53,373 nt of DNA from Polyangiales bacterium (GTDB lineage Bacteria > Myxococcota_A > Polyangia > Polyangiales > Ga0077539): positions 1-53,373 of the forward strand of contig JBGARZ010000030.1 in NCBI GenBank assembly GCA_044229975.1. The letters are read 5' to 3'. Positions 9,457 to 19,270 of the stretch are shown piece after piece. The translations under genes and the position numbers were made by a program. The notes beneath the pieces are model-generated. The model was not told where the DNA came from. It saw only the letters and a list, made by a program, of their open reading frames with translations, and did not search any database. Every line of letters begins with the position of its first letter. The stretch's first letter is position 1.

Positions 9457-11451
9457 TTGCTGACGCCGGGGACGCTTGTGGGGAACGACTTCCGCGTCCT
9501 CCGGCTGCTCAAGGAGGGCGGCATGGCGGTCGTGTACGTGGCCGAGCAAGTCAGCCTGCAGGAGACGCGTGCGCTGAAGTTCATGCGCCAGGAGATCCCC
9601 GGTCTGGAGTCACCCGAGCGGCGCGAGAAGTATCGCGCCCGCTTCCTGGAGGAGGCGCTCAAGAGCCGCGGAATCCGCAGCGCTCACGTGGTCAAGATCG
9701 TGGCGGCCGGTGTGGACGTGGCGACGGACACGCCGTGGCTCGCGATGGAACTCCTGACCGGCGAGGACCTCGACGCGCGTCTCCGTCGATGCGGTCGACT
9801 TACCTGGGAGGAGACTCGAACACTCCTTGAGCAACTCGGTCACGGCCTCGGCGCGGCGCACCGACAGGGCGTTCTCCACCTCGATCTCAAGCCCGACAAC
9901 CTCTTCGTCGCCGAGCCGGAGTCGCCGGGGGTGCCCTTCACGGTCAAGGTCCTCGACTTCGGCATCGGTCGCGTGGTGGACGAACAGCGCGCCGCGGTCA
10001 CGGCGACCACCGCCGTCGGTTCGCCGTTGTGGATGGCCCCGGAGCAGACGCTCCGACAGGAGGTCTCCGCAGCGACCGACCTTTGGCCGGTCGGCCTGAT
10101 CGTCTACCGCTGCCTCACCGGCCACCACTACTGGCGCGAGGCCGCGAAGTCCGAGGACACGTTCTCGCCGACGGGGTGGATCCTGGAGATGATGACCGGC
10201 GAGCTCGACCCCGCGTCGAGTCGCGCGCGGGAGAGCGGCGTCGAAGTGCGATTGCCGCCGGGGTTTGATGGGTGGTTTGCGCGGTGCGTTTCGCGCGATC
10301 GTATTGCCCGGTGGCAGAGCGTCGACGAGATGTTGCGGGCGTTCTTCAGCCTCCCGCCTCCGACGTCGACGCTGGAGCCCGCGACCGCAGCAACTCGACT
10401 CTCCGCGACCGTCGCGTGGACCACGCCGACGACGCTGGGCGCGCCCAACGTCGCACCAGTACCAACGGGGTCGACCGTCGTGTGGTCGGCGCCGACGTCA
10501 GCCCTTCCTGGTACGCCTACCGCGAGCCGGAGGTCGTCCCGGTGGTGGGTGGGAATCGTGCTGGCAGTCGCGGCCCTGGCGAGCGCGGTGGCATTGGCGG
10601 CGCGACAGCGTGGAGTGGCGGGCGACCCAAGCCGTTCGACGACGGCACCCGCTCCACCGTTCCCCGCGCCCGCCGTGGTCGCGAGCCCCATCGCCACCGC
10701 GGTGGTTCCTGACTCGGGACGTGAGGTGTCCCCCGCCGCAGCCCTGCATTGCCCAGGCACGATGGTGCTGATTCCGGGCGGACACGTCGACCAGCCGACC
10801 AGCAATGCCTCGGATGCCGGGGTGGAGCGCATCGAGGTGCGCCCGTTCTGCCTCATGACCCGGGAGGTGTCGGTGGCTCAATACCGCGAGTGCGTCGACC
10901 TCGGCGCGTGCACCCCAGGTGGCAGCGGGACCGGCTGCAACGCCCGTCGCTCTGGACGAACGAGTGCGCCGATGAACTGCGTCGACCCGCAGCAGGCAGA
11001 GATGCTGTGCGCATGGCTCGTGGGGCGTCTTCCGACCGACGCCGAGTGGGAGATCGCTGCGCACGGTGGCGGCCGGACCTATCCGTGGGGAGAAATCCCG
11101 GCGACGGATCAACCGTGCTGGTCTGGTCTGACGGAGTTGTCGCGGACCTGCGCCATTGCCGGTTCGCCAGACGACGTAACGCCGGGGGGAGTCTTCGACT
11201 TGTCAGGCAACGTCTCGGAGTGGGTGTCCGGCACCTGCCGTTTCCTCGACCAGGGCCAGGTCCGGTTTGAGCGTGCGGCGGGAGCGACGGGTCATCTCTA
11301 TCGCGGAGGCAGCTACACCACGACCGACACGGGCCAGATCGCTCAGCGACAGTGCCTGGAACCTGCCGTTGCGGCGGACTGGGTCGGGTTCCGCTGCGCT
11401 GCAAGTCCCACGGTCGAAGGCAGCGACGCGGGATCAAACGACTCTCCCTGA
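9457..11451 (+). CDS. Hanks-type Ser/Thr protein kinase - TM - FGE-sulfatase (SUMF1-like) domain fusion (664 aa)
   Basis: EGGMAVVY, ALK, HLDLKPDN, DFG, WMAPEQ; TM segment WWVGIVLAVAALASAVALA; C-terminal RLPTDAEWEIAA, YPWG, DLSGNVSEW, GFRCA. Confidence 0.92.
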   Translation: MLTPGTLVGNDFRVLRLLKEGGMAVVYVAEQVSLQETRALKFMRQEIPGLESPERREKYRARFLEEALKSRGIRSAHVVKIVAAGVDVATDTPWLAMELLTGEDLDARLRRCGRLTWEETRTLLEQLGHGLGAAHRQGVLHLDLKPDNLFVAEPESPGVPFTVKVLDFGIGRVVDEQRAAVTATTAVGSPLWMAPEQTLRQEVSAATDLWPVGLIVYRCLTGHHYWREAAKSEDTFSPTGWILEMMTGELDPASSRARESGVEVRLPPGFDGWFARCVSRDRIARWQSVDEMLRAFFSLPPPTSTLEPATAATRLSATVAWTTPTTLGAPNVAPVPTGSTVVWSAPTSALPGTPTASRRSSRWWVGIVLAVAALASAVALAARQRGVAGDPSRSTTAPAPPFPAPAVVASPIATAVVPDSGREVSPAAALHCPGTMVLIPGGHVDQPTSNASDAGVERIEVRPFCLMTREVSVAQYRECVDLGACTPGGSGTGCNARRSGRTSAPMNCVDPQQAEMLCAWLVGRLPTDAEWEIAAHGGGRTYPWGEIPATDQPCWSGLTELSRTCAIAGSPDDVTPGGVFDLSGNVSEWVSGTCRFLDQGQVRFERAAGATGHLYRGGSYTTTDTGQIAQRQCLEPAVAADWVGFRCAASPTVEGSDAGSNDSP

Positions 11452-11496
11452 GCATCGCGCACGGTGCCGCCACTCAACGCCGTCCACGGAGGATTC

Positions 11497-12024
11497 ATGA
11501 TTCGTCGAACATCAACTCTCGCGTCTCGCCGTCCCATCTCTGCGGCGCTGGTCACGCTGCTGCCGATCGCGCTGATCGTCGCGTTCACCGTCGGGCACCG
11601 CGACGCCGCAGCGCAGCCCGCGGCGAACTTCACCGGCGAACTCCATGGACTCGCCAACAAGTGTCTCGACGTCCGCGGTCCGAGCACCGACAACGGCACA
11701 CCGGTCCAGCTCTGGGACTGCGTCAACGTCCCGCAGCAGCGCTGGACCCTGACGCGTCGGGGTGAGTTGCGCGGGTTCGGCGGGAAGTGCCTCGACGTCC
11801 GTGGGCCAAGCACCGACAACGGCACGCCGGTCCAGCTCTGGGACTGTGTGGACGTCCCGCAGCAGCGCTGGACCCTGACGTCGCGGGGCGAACTGCGCGG
11901 CCTTGCCGGAAAGTGTCTCGATGTGCGCGGTCCCAGCTCGGCGAACGGGACGCCCGTACAGCTCTGGGACTGCGTGAACGTTCCGCAGCAGCGATGGGTG
12001 CTGTCTGGCCGCTCGGGCGGCTGA
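11497..12024 (+). CDS. Secreted ricin-B-type beta-trefoil lectin (175 aa)
   Basis: GGAGGA RBS before ATG; signal peptide ending AAA-Q; three KCLDV..VQLWDC..QQRW repeats. Confidence 0.92.
   Translation: MIRRTSTLASRRPISAALVTLLPIALIVAFTVGHRDAAAQPAANFTGELHGLANKCLDVRGPSTDNGTPVQLWDCVNVPQQRWTLTRRGELRGFGGKCLDVRGPSTDNGTPVQLWDCVDVPQQRWTLTSRGELRGLAGKCLDVRGPSSANGTPVQLWDCVNVPQQRWVLSGRSGG
11635..12012 (+). repeat. Three 126-bp tandem coding repeats of the lectin
   Basis: Units start at 11635, 11761 and 11887; 36/42 aa identical between units 1-2 and 34/42 between units 2-3. Confidence 0.9.
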
Positions 12025-12087
12025 TCCTGCCTCGCGGGCAGGTCGGCGCTTGCTCCCCACCTTCGCTCCGTCCGATGCTGCGCCGCG

Positions 12088-15000
12088 ATGATGGGGACCG
12101 ACGCCTCCGCACCCGTTCCTCCGCTCACTCCCCGCGCGCTGCCCGAGCGCGGGAGCTTCGTCCGCGTGCGCCAGCGGCGCTGGCTCGTCGAGCGGTGCGA
12201 CCCCTTCGACACGTTGACCTCCCTCGACCTCGCCTGCGTCGAGGACGATGCCCAGGGCGAGCGTCTGTCCGTCATCTGGGAGGCCGAGCCCGACGCGCGC
12301 ATCGTCCACGACGAGCGCACCGCTCGACCCGCTCGTAACCCTGATCCCCCTGAGCGATTCGCGGCCTACCTCCACGCTCTCCGCTGGAGCTGCGTGACGT
12401 CCACCGACCCGACGCTGTTCCAGGCGCCGCTGCGCGCGGGCATCATCCCAAAGACCTACCAGCTCGAACCGCTCCGCAAAGCCCTCGCCCTCCCGCGGGT
12501 CAACCTCTTCATCGCCGACGACGTGGGGCTCGGCAAGACCATCGAGGCCGGGCTCATCCTCCACGAACTCCTCCTGCGACAGCGCATCCACCGCGCGGTC
12601 ATCGCGGCGCCGCCGTCGGTGGTCCTCCAGTGGCGCGACGAGCTCCGCCAGCGCTTCGGCCTCGACTTCACCCTCTACGACCGGTCCTTCATCCTCGAGT
12701 GCCGACGCACCCGCGGCTTCGGCGTAAACCCTTGGAAGACGGGCTCGTTCTTCGTCGTCTCGCACGCCCTCCTGCGCGACGAGGAGCACCTCACCGGCCT
12801 GCGCGAATGGCTGGGCGACTTCGCCTCCGGCTCGATGCTCATCCTCGACGAGGCCCACGTCGCGGCGCCCGCGTCGGCCAGCCGCTACGCCGTCGACACC
12901 CAGATCACCCGCGCGGTGCGCGACCTCGCGCAGCGCTTCGAGCACCGGCTCTTCCTCTCCGCCACGCCGCACAACGGACACTCCAACAGCTTCTCGTCGC
13001 TCATGCACATCCTCGATCCGCAGCGCTTCACGCGCGGCATCGACATCAGCGGCCCGGCGCAGCTCGCGCCCGTGATGGTGCGCCGACTCAAGGCCGATGT
13101 GCGCAAGCACGCCACGGCCTCGCTCCCCGACCGCAAGCTCGTTGAGGTCTCCCTCGACGACACCGCTGACACCGCCCCCGAGCTACGCTTGGCGGCGCTG
13201 CTCGCGGCCTACGACGACGCGCTCGCGACCCGCACCGAGGGCGCCAACAAGAGCGTCCGCGCCCTGGTGCGCATCGCCGTTGAGGGGCTCCGCAAGCGGC
13301 TGCTGTCGTCGACCTACGCCTTCCAGCGCACCCTCCGCGAGCACCGGAAGAAAACCGCGAAGACCATCCTTGGTGCGCTCCCTCCCACGCCGTCCGACGA
13401 GGACGAGGCCTCGGAGCAGCAGGAACTCGCGCGCCTCGACGCCGAGACCGTACGCGCCGCGCGGGCCGTCGAGCCCTACACCGACGACGCGATCCGCGGG
13501 TTGCTCCAGGAGATGGCCGACGTCGCCGAAGAGGCCGCCGACCAGCCCGATGCGCGGGTGCGTGCCCTCGTCGCGTGGATCCGCGCGCACCAGTGCCCCA
13601 CGCTTGCGCCGCTCGGCACTGCGAATCCCGCGGGCGCCCCGTGGCTGCCGCGGCGCGTGTTGATCTTCACCGAGTTCGCGGACACCCGCGCGTGGCTCGT
13701 CGATCAGTTGCGCGCGGCCATCGACGGCACCGACCGCGACGACGATCGCGTTGGCAGCCTGCACGGGTCGCAGGACGACGACGACCGTGAGGCGGTGAAG
13801 CAGGCCTTCAACGCTTCGCCCGAACAGCACCCGCTGCGCATCCTCGTGGCGACGGACGCCGCGCGCGAGGGCATCAACCTCCAGGCCGCGTGCGCCGACC
13901 TCTTCCACTTCGACCTCCCCTGGAACCCCGCGCGGATCGAGCAGCGCAATGGGCGCATCGACCGCATGCTCCAGCCCGAGCGCGAGGTGCGGTGCCACTA
14001 CTTCCGCTACCGCAACCTCCCGGAGGACGCCGTGCTGGCGCGCCTCGCGACCAAGAGCCACGCCATCTCGGCCGAGCTGGGGAGCTTCGCGCCCGTGGTG
14101 TCCGACCGCATCCTCGCGGTGCTGGCCAAGGGGCTCTCGCGCCGGGAGCTTGCCCGGCGCATCGCGGAGATCGACGAAGCCGCTGAGGCCCCCGACGCCA
14201 CCCGTGCGGCGGTGACACGCGAACTCGACGACGCCCGCGAGAAGGACCTCTTGCAGAGCCTCGGCGTGCTCGCGAAGCTCTATGACAAGGCACGCGATCA
14301 CCTCGACTGCGATCCGCGGCGGCTGCGGCAGGTCGTGTCCGAGGGGCTGCGCCTCTGCGGCGGTGACGAGCTCCGCGCGCGCACTTCGCCGCCGCGTACC
14401 TACGACGTACCGCGCATGGACGAGCGCAACGCCAACGATCCGACCTGGCTTCGCGCGATGGATGCCCTCCGCTCGCCGCGACCGCCGAAGATGTCCGAGG
14501 GTGAGTGGCGGGCGCGCTTCCCCCCGCGTCCAGTGCGCCTCGAACCCGTCGACACCCTGGTGTCCGACGCGGTGCAACTGCACCTCCAGCACCCGCTCGC
14601 GCAGCGCGCGGTGAGTCCGTTCCGCTCGCAGGCATTCACCGAGGACGGCCTCGCGCGGGTGACCGTGGTGATCGACCGGTCGAGCGCGCGCAAGCGGGTG
14701 CTCGTACTCGGGCGCCTCGCGGTGTTCGGGTGGGGTGCCGCGCGGCTCCACGAGGAGATCCTCGGGCTGGCGGCCTACTGGTCCGAGGGGGACGACCCCA
14801 AGCGCCTCGAACCCTTCGTGACCGAGGACGCCAACGACAAGGCGCTCCAGGCATTCTTCCGCGTGCTCGACGAGCCCGAGGTGCCGACCCTCGATGACGA
14901 GCTCGTCGCACGCATCCTCCACAGGGCCGCGGGCGACCAGCGCGCGCTCGAAGGTCACCTCCGGCGCCGGGCGGTGGCGCGTACCGAGATCGCACGCACG

Positions 15001-15303
15001 AAGCTCCAGGTCCGCGGCGCGGCGGAGGCCGATGCCATGCGCGTCGTGCTCGAGACCCAGCGGGAGAGCATCCGCAAGGCCCTCGCGGGTACGCAGCTCG
15101 CGCTCGGACTCGGCGACGATCCCAGCCTCGACGAAGCCCAGAAGCAGCAGTGGAAGGACGACCGCGAGTTCCTGAAGCGGCGGCTCCCGCAGATTGACGA
15201 CGAGCTCGCCACCGAGCCAGAGCGCATCTGCGCGCTCTACGAGGACCGCCAATACCACGTCGAGATCGTGGGCATCGTCTACCTCTGGCCGGCGACCTCG
15301 TGA
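12088..15303 (+). CDS. drmD: DISARM SNF2-like helicase DrmD (1071 aa)
   Basis: LPRVNLFIADDVGLGKTIEAG, LDEAH, RLFLSATPHNGH, TDAAREGINLQ, WNPARIEQRNGRIDR; heads a drmMI/A/B/C cluster. Confidence 0.92.
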   Translation: MMGTDASAPVPPLTPRALPERGSFVRVRQRRWLVERCDPFDTLTSLDLACVEDDAQGERLSVIWEAEPDARIVHDERTARPARNPDPPERFAAYLHALRWSCVTSTDPTLFQAPLRAGIIPKTYQLEPLRKALALPRVNLFIADDVGLGKTIEAGLILHELLLRQRIHRAVIAAPPSVVLQWRDELRQRFGLDFTLYDRSFILECRRTRGFGVNPWKTGSFFVVSHALLRDEEHLTGLREWLGDFASGSMLILDEAHVAAPASASRYAVDTQITRAVRDLAQRFEHRLFLSATPHNGHSNSFSSLMHILDPQRFTRGIDISGPAQLAPVMVRRLKADVRKHATASLPDRKLVEVSLDDTADTAPELRLAALLAAYDDALATRTEGANKSVRALVRIAVEGLRKRLLSSTYAFQRTLREHRKKTAKTILGALPPTPSDEDEASEQQELARLDAETVRAARAVEPYTDDAIRGLLQEMADVAEEAADQPDARVRALVAWIRAHQCPTLAPLGTANPAGAPWLPRRVLIFTEFADTRAWLVDQLRAAIDGTDRDDDRVGSLHGSQDDDDREAVKQAFNASPEQHPLRILVATDAAREGINLQAACADLFHFDLPWNPARIEQRNGRIDRMLQPEREVRCHYFRYRNLPEDAVLARLATKSHAISAELGSFAPVVSDRILAVLAKGLSRRELARRIAEIDEAAEAPDATRAAVTRELDDAREKDLLQSLGVLAKLYDKARDHLDCDPRRLRQVVSEGLRLCGGDELRARTSPPRTYDVPRMDERNANDPTWLRAMDALRSPRPPKMSEGEWRARFPPRPVRLEPVDTLVSDAVQLHLQHPLAQRAVSPFRSQAFTEDGLARVTVVIDRSSARKRVLVLGRLAVFGWGAARLHEEILGLAAYWSEGDDPKRLEPFVTEDANDKALQAFFRVLDEPEVPTLDDELVARILHRAAGDQRALEGHLRRRAVARTEIARTKLQVRGAAEADAMRVVLETQRESIRKALAGTQLALGLGDDPSLDEAQKQQWKDDREFLKRRLPQIDDELATEPERICALYEDRQYHVEIVGIVYLWPATS

Positions 15304-15343
15304 GCGCCACCGTGTTTCCCTTCGCCCCCGATCAGAGCCCCCG

Positions 15344-18300
15344 ATGACCCTCGACCCTCGCGTTCGCGCCCACCAGGACTGGCTCGGCATGGTGCAGCCC
15401 ACCGGGTTGTTCCTCGCGCCGCGCGTGCTCGCCGACGCCGGCGCTGCGCCGACCGACCCCATCATCGACGTCCAGGCGATTGTCGCCGAGGCCGTCACCG
15501 ACGGCGCCCTGCGCGACCCGCTGGGTGCCTTTCGCGACGTGTTCGCGTGGCCCGACGCGGTGCTTCTCCAGGGGGACACCCTCCCGGCCGACGTCGCGCT
15601 CTCCCTCGACGGGGGCGTGCGCGTCGTGCCCGACTTCGCGCTGCGCGACCTAGACGAGCCCGTCCATGTACTCCTCGGCATGATCGTCGCGCCCGACGTC
15701 GTGCTCGACGCTGCCTCCGACGACCAGGCGTGGACCGCCTCGGCGCACCACCGCTTCGAGCGTCTCCTGCGAGCGCGGGAGTGTCCCGTGGGTGTGCTCA
15801 CCAACCATCGCTCCGTCCGCGTCGTGTACGCTCCGAAGGGCGAGGCCACCGCTCACGCCACGTGGAGCGTGGGCGACCTGCTCACCGTCGCCGGGCGCCC
15901 GCTGCTCGCGGCGCTGCACATGTGCCTCAACGCGCGGCGGATCCTCACGCTCGATGGCGACCAGCGACTCCCGGCGCTGCTCGCCCGCAGCCGGGAGTTT
16001 CAGAACACCGTCAGCACCAGGCTTCAGGGCCAGGTGCTCGACGCGCTACAGGAGCTGCTCGACGGCCTCCAGCGGGCCGACCGCGTGACCGACGGGCGCC
16101 TCCTCGCGCCGTGGCGCGCCAACGATGACGATCGCCAGGGCATCTACCGCGGCCTCGTCACGGCCCTCCTGCGCATGGTGTTCGTGCTCTTCGCGGAGGA
16201 GCGCCGGCTGCTCCCGCTCGACGCGAAGCGCTATCGCGAGAGCTACGCGCTCACCAACCTTCACACCCGGTTGCAGGACGATCACGCCCGCCTCGGCGCC
16301 CGCCTCGACGCCCGCTACGGAGCGTGGGCGCGGGTCGTGGCGCTGTTCCGACTGCTGCACGACGGACTCGACGCGCGGGCCATCCCCGACGGGTTCTCGA
16401 TTCCGCCGCGGCGCGGGGAGTTCTTCGACCCCGACCGCTTCGCCTTCCTCGAAGGGCGGGCGCTTGGGCCGCGCGCGCCGGGCCCGCTGGAGCTGCCGAA
16501 GATCTCCGACGGGACGGTCTTCCGCGCGCTCGACAAGCTGCTCGTGCTGGACGGCGAGCGCCTGAAGTATAGCGACCTCGCCGTCGAGCAGATCGGGTCG
16601 GTCTACGAGGGGATCATGGGCTACACCCTCGAGCTCGCTGAGGGCCGCGCGCTGCGCATCCGCGTGGGGAGCGCCCTCGACGTGGTGGTCGACCTCCAGC
16701 GCTTCGCCGACCTCGCGCGCAGGGACTTCGTCAAGCACCTCGCCGACGACCTCGGGCTCAAGCTCTCCGACGGCACCGCGAAGGCCGTCGAGAAGGCCGT
16801 GCGCGAGGACGACGTCGCCGCCGCACTCTCGCAGCAGAAGGCCTTCAAGCACCTCACGGCCATTGAGCGCGGGTGGATGTTCCTCCAGCCAGGCGAGGAG
16901 CGCCGCCGCTCGGGCTCGCACTACACCCCGCGCTCGCTCACGCAACCCATCGTCGAGCGCACCCTCGCGCCGGTGCTCGCAGCCATGGGAGAGCACCCAA
17001 CGCCCGAGGCCATCCTCGCGCTGCGGGTGTGCGACCCGGCGATGGGGTCGGGGGCGTTCCTCGTGGAGGTGTGCCGCCAGCTCGCCACGCGGCTCGAAGC
17101 GGCGTGGAAGCACCACGACGCGATGCCGACGATTCCGCCCGACGAAGACCCACACCTGCACGCGCGCCGCCGCGTCGCCCAGCGCTGCATTTACGGCGTC
17201 GATCGCAACCCCCTCGCGGTCGACCTCGCGCGGCTCTCGCTCTGGCTGGAGACCTTCGCGCGCGACCACGCGTTCACCTTCGTCGACCACTGCCTGCGCC
17301 ACGGCGACTCGCTCGTGGGCTTGTCGCTCGACCAGATCGCCAGCGTGTCGCTCGACACCCGCAAGGGCGCGCAGCTCGACCTCGTACGCAAGACCGTCAA
17401 CGAGACGCTCGCCCGGGTGCGCGCGCTCCGCCGGGAGATCCACGTGGCGGGCGACGGCGACCCGCCCGACAACGACGGGCAACGCTCGCTCTGGCGCGAG
17501 GCGCAGGACGCGCTGCTCGAAGCGCGCACCGTGGGAGATCTCGTCGTCGCGGGGTTCTTCTCGCAGAAGACCGACAAAGACCGGGCGAAGTGGGTCGCGG
17601 GACAGCACGCGGCGATCACGGAGTGGCTCACGAAGAAGGGGACGGGCGAGGCGCTGCGGGGCGAGGTGCGGCGGGTGCTCGGCGCGAGGGGGATCGTGCC
17701 GTTCCACTGGCCGCTGGAGTTTCCCGAAGTGTTCGAGGGCGCGAACGGCGGCTTCGATGCGTTCGTGGGCAATCCGCCATTCATCGGCGGCGGGAGAATC
17801 TCAGGGATGCTTGGCGCGGCCTACCTTGACTGGATCAAGCAGCTTCACGAGGAGAGTCACGGCAACGCCGACCTCGTCGTGCATTTCTTCCGTCGCGCGT
17901 TCGACTACCTCCGTGACGGAGGCACGTTCGGCCTGATCGCAACGAACACCATCGCCCAAGGTGACACGCGCAACTCCGGTCTCCGTTGGATCTGCACGCA
18001 TGGAGGCACGATCTACGAAGCTCGCCGACGCTATAGATGGCCTGGTATCGCGGCCGTCGTGGTGAGTGTCGTCCACATCGTGCGCGGTGCTTTGGTGCAA
18101 TCCCGAATTCTCGACGGACGTGAGGTTGCCGCGATTACGGCGTTCCTCTTCCACCGCGGCGGACACGAGAGTCCTGCAACGTTGAGCGAGAACGATGGCA
18201 GATCCTTTGGCGGCTCAAAGGTTTATGGGCAAGGCTTCACCTTCGACGATCGCGAGAAGAAACGCGACACCGTGAACAGCCTCGCCGAGATGCGCTCGCT

Positions 18301-19270
18301 GATCGAAAAGGACTCACGGAATCAGGAGCGAATCTTCCCCTACCTCGGAGGGGAGGAGCTCAACGACGACCCCGCGCAGAAGCCCCATCGCTACGTGATC
18401 AACTTCGGTGAGGTGAGCGAGGCCGAGGCGCGCGAATGGCCCGACTTGATGGCGGTCGTCGAGTCGAAGGTGAAGCCAGAGCGACTGAAACAGAACCGCG
18501 AGATCCGCGCACGATACTGGTGGCGCTTTGGCGAAACTACGCCAGCTCTTTTTCGTGCGATCCAAGGCAAATCACGCGTGCTGGCGAATTCGATCGTGAG
18601 CGGTCATCTCTCCTTCGCATGGTTGCCGACAGGAATCGTCTACTCACACAAACTTGCGGTGTTTCCTGACGATCGCGATGCATTCTTCGCCGTGATGCAG
18701 TGTCGTGTTCACGAAGCGTGGGCGCGGTTCTTCTCGTCCTCGATGAAGGACGACCTGAATTACTCGCCATCGGACTGCTTCGAGACCTTCCCCTTCCCGC
18801 GGGGGTGGGAGGAGAGCACTGCGCTGGAGGACATCGGGCGGCGCTACGAGGCGCACCGGGCAGCGGTGATGAAGCGCACGATCGAAACGAAGAAGCCCGA
18901 GGGACTGACGGCGACGTACAACCGCTTCCACGACCCCAACGAGCGCGGCGCCGAGATCGCGACGCTGCGCGCGCTCCACGCGGAGATGGACCGCGCGGTA
19001 CTCGACGTCTACGGCTGGACGGACCTGCAGCCGGCGTACGACTACCGGGTGCAGCTCGACGAGCGGGTGCGCTACACGTGGGACGACGACACGCGCGATG
19101 AGGTACTCGCGCGGTTGCTGGAAGAGAACCGGCAGCGTGCGCGGGCGAACGAGGCGGCGCCGCAGGTCAGGGCGGCAGTCGACGAGGAGGCGGCCGCGGC
19201 ACCGGCGAAGCGGGGACGGAAGAAGAAGGGCGACGAGGCGAGGGAGCCGGGGTTGCCTGGGGTGGAGTGA
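15344..19270 (+). CDS. drmMI: DISARM N6-adenine DNA methyltransferase DrmMI (type IIG/Eco57I-like, ~1308 aa)
   Basis: GSHYTP, CDPAMGSGAF (motif I), GNPPF (motif IV), C-terminal CFETFPFP..GLTATYNRFH..LHAEMDRAVLDVYGW; follows drmD. Confidence 0.9.
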   Translation: MTLDPRVRAHQDWLGMVQPTGLFLAPRVLADAGAAPTDPIIDVQAIVAEAVTDGALRDPLGAFRDVFAWPDAVLLQGDTLPADVALSLDGGVRVVPDFALRDLDEPVHVLLGMIVAPDVVLDAASDDQAWTASAHHRFERLLRARECPVGVLTNHRSVRVVYAPKGEATAHATWSVGDLLTVAGRPLLAALHMCLNARRILTLDGDQRLPALLARSREFQNTVSTRLQGQVLDALQELLDGLQRADRVTDGRLLAPWRANDDDRQGIYRGLVTALLRMVFVLFAEERRLLPLDAKRYRESYALTNLHTRLQDDHARLGARLDARYGAWARVVALFRLLHDGLDARAIPDGFSIPPRRGEFFDPDRFAFLEGRALGPRAPGPLELPKISDGTVFRALDKLLVLDGERLKYSDLAVEQIGSVYEGIMGYTLELAEGRALRIRVGSALDVVVDLQRFADLARRDFVKHLADDLGLKLSDGTAKAVEKAVREDDVAAALSQQKAFKHLTAIERGWMFLQPGEERRRSGSHYTPRSLTQPIVERTLAPVLAAMGEHPTPEAILALRVCDPAMGSGAFLVEVCRQLATRLEAAWKHHDAMPTIPPDEDPHLHARRRVAQRCIYGVDRNPLAVDLARLSLWLETFARDHAFTFVDHCLRHGDSLVGLSLDQIASVSLDTRKGAQLDLVRKTVNETLARVRALRREIHVAGDGDPPDNDGQRSLWREAQDALLEARTVGDLVVAGFFSQKTDKDRAKWVAGQHAAITEWLTKKGTGEALRGEVRRVLGARGIVPFHWPLEFPEVFEGANGGFDAFVGNPPFIGGGRISGMLGAAYLDWIKQLHEESHGNADLVVHFFRRAFDYLRDGGTFGLIATNTIAQGDTRNSGLRWICTHGGTIYEARRRYRWPGIAAVVVSVVHIVRGALVQSRILDGREVAAITAFLFHRGGHESPATLSENDGRSFGGSKVYGQGFTFDDREKKRDTVNSLAEMRSLIEKDSRNQERIFPYLGGEELNDDPAQKPHRYVINFGEVSEAEAREWPDLMAVVESKVKPERLKQNREIRARYWWRFGETTPALFRAIQGKSRVLANSIVSGHLSFAWLPTGIVYSHKLAVFPDDRDAFFAVMQCRVHEAWARFFSSSMKDDLNYSPSDCFETFPFPRGWEESTALEDIGRRYEAHRAAVMKRTIETKKPEGLTATYNRFHDPNERGAEIATLRALHAEMDRAVLDVYGWTDLQPAYDYRVQLDERVRYTWDDDTRDEVLARLLEENRQRARANEAAPQVRAAVDEEAAAAPAKRGRKKKGDEAREPGLPGVE

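Noticed and set aside
13183..15849. Long antisense ORFs (888 aa here; also 786..2423, 11512..13110, 16046..17707, 30395..32368, 49732..51510)
   Set aside because: Shadow frames of high-GC genes with clear motifs or paralog support on the opposite strand.
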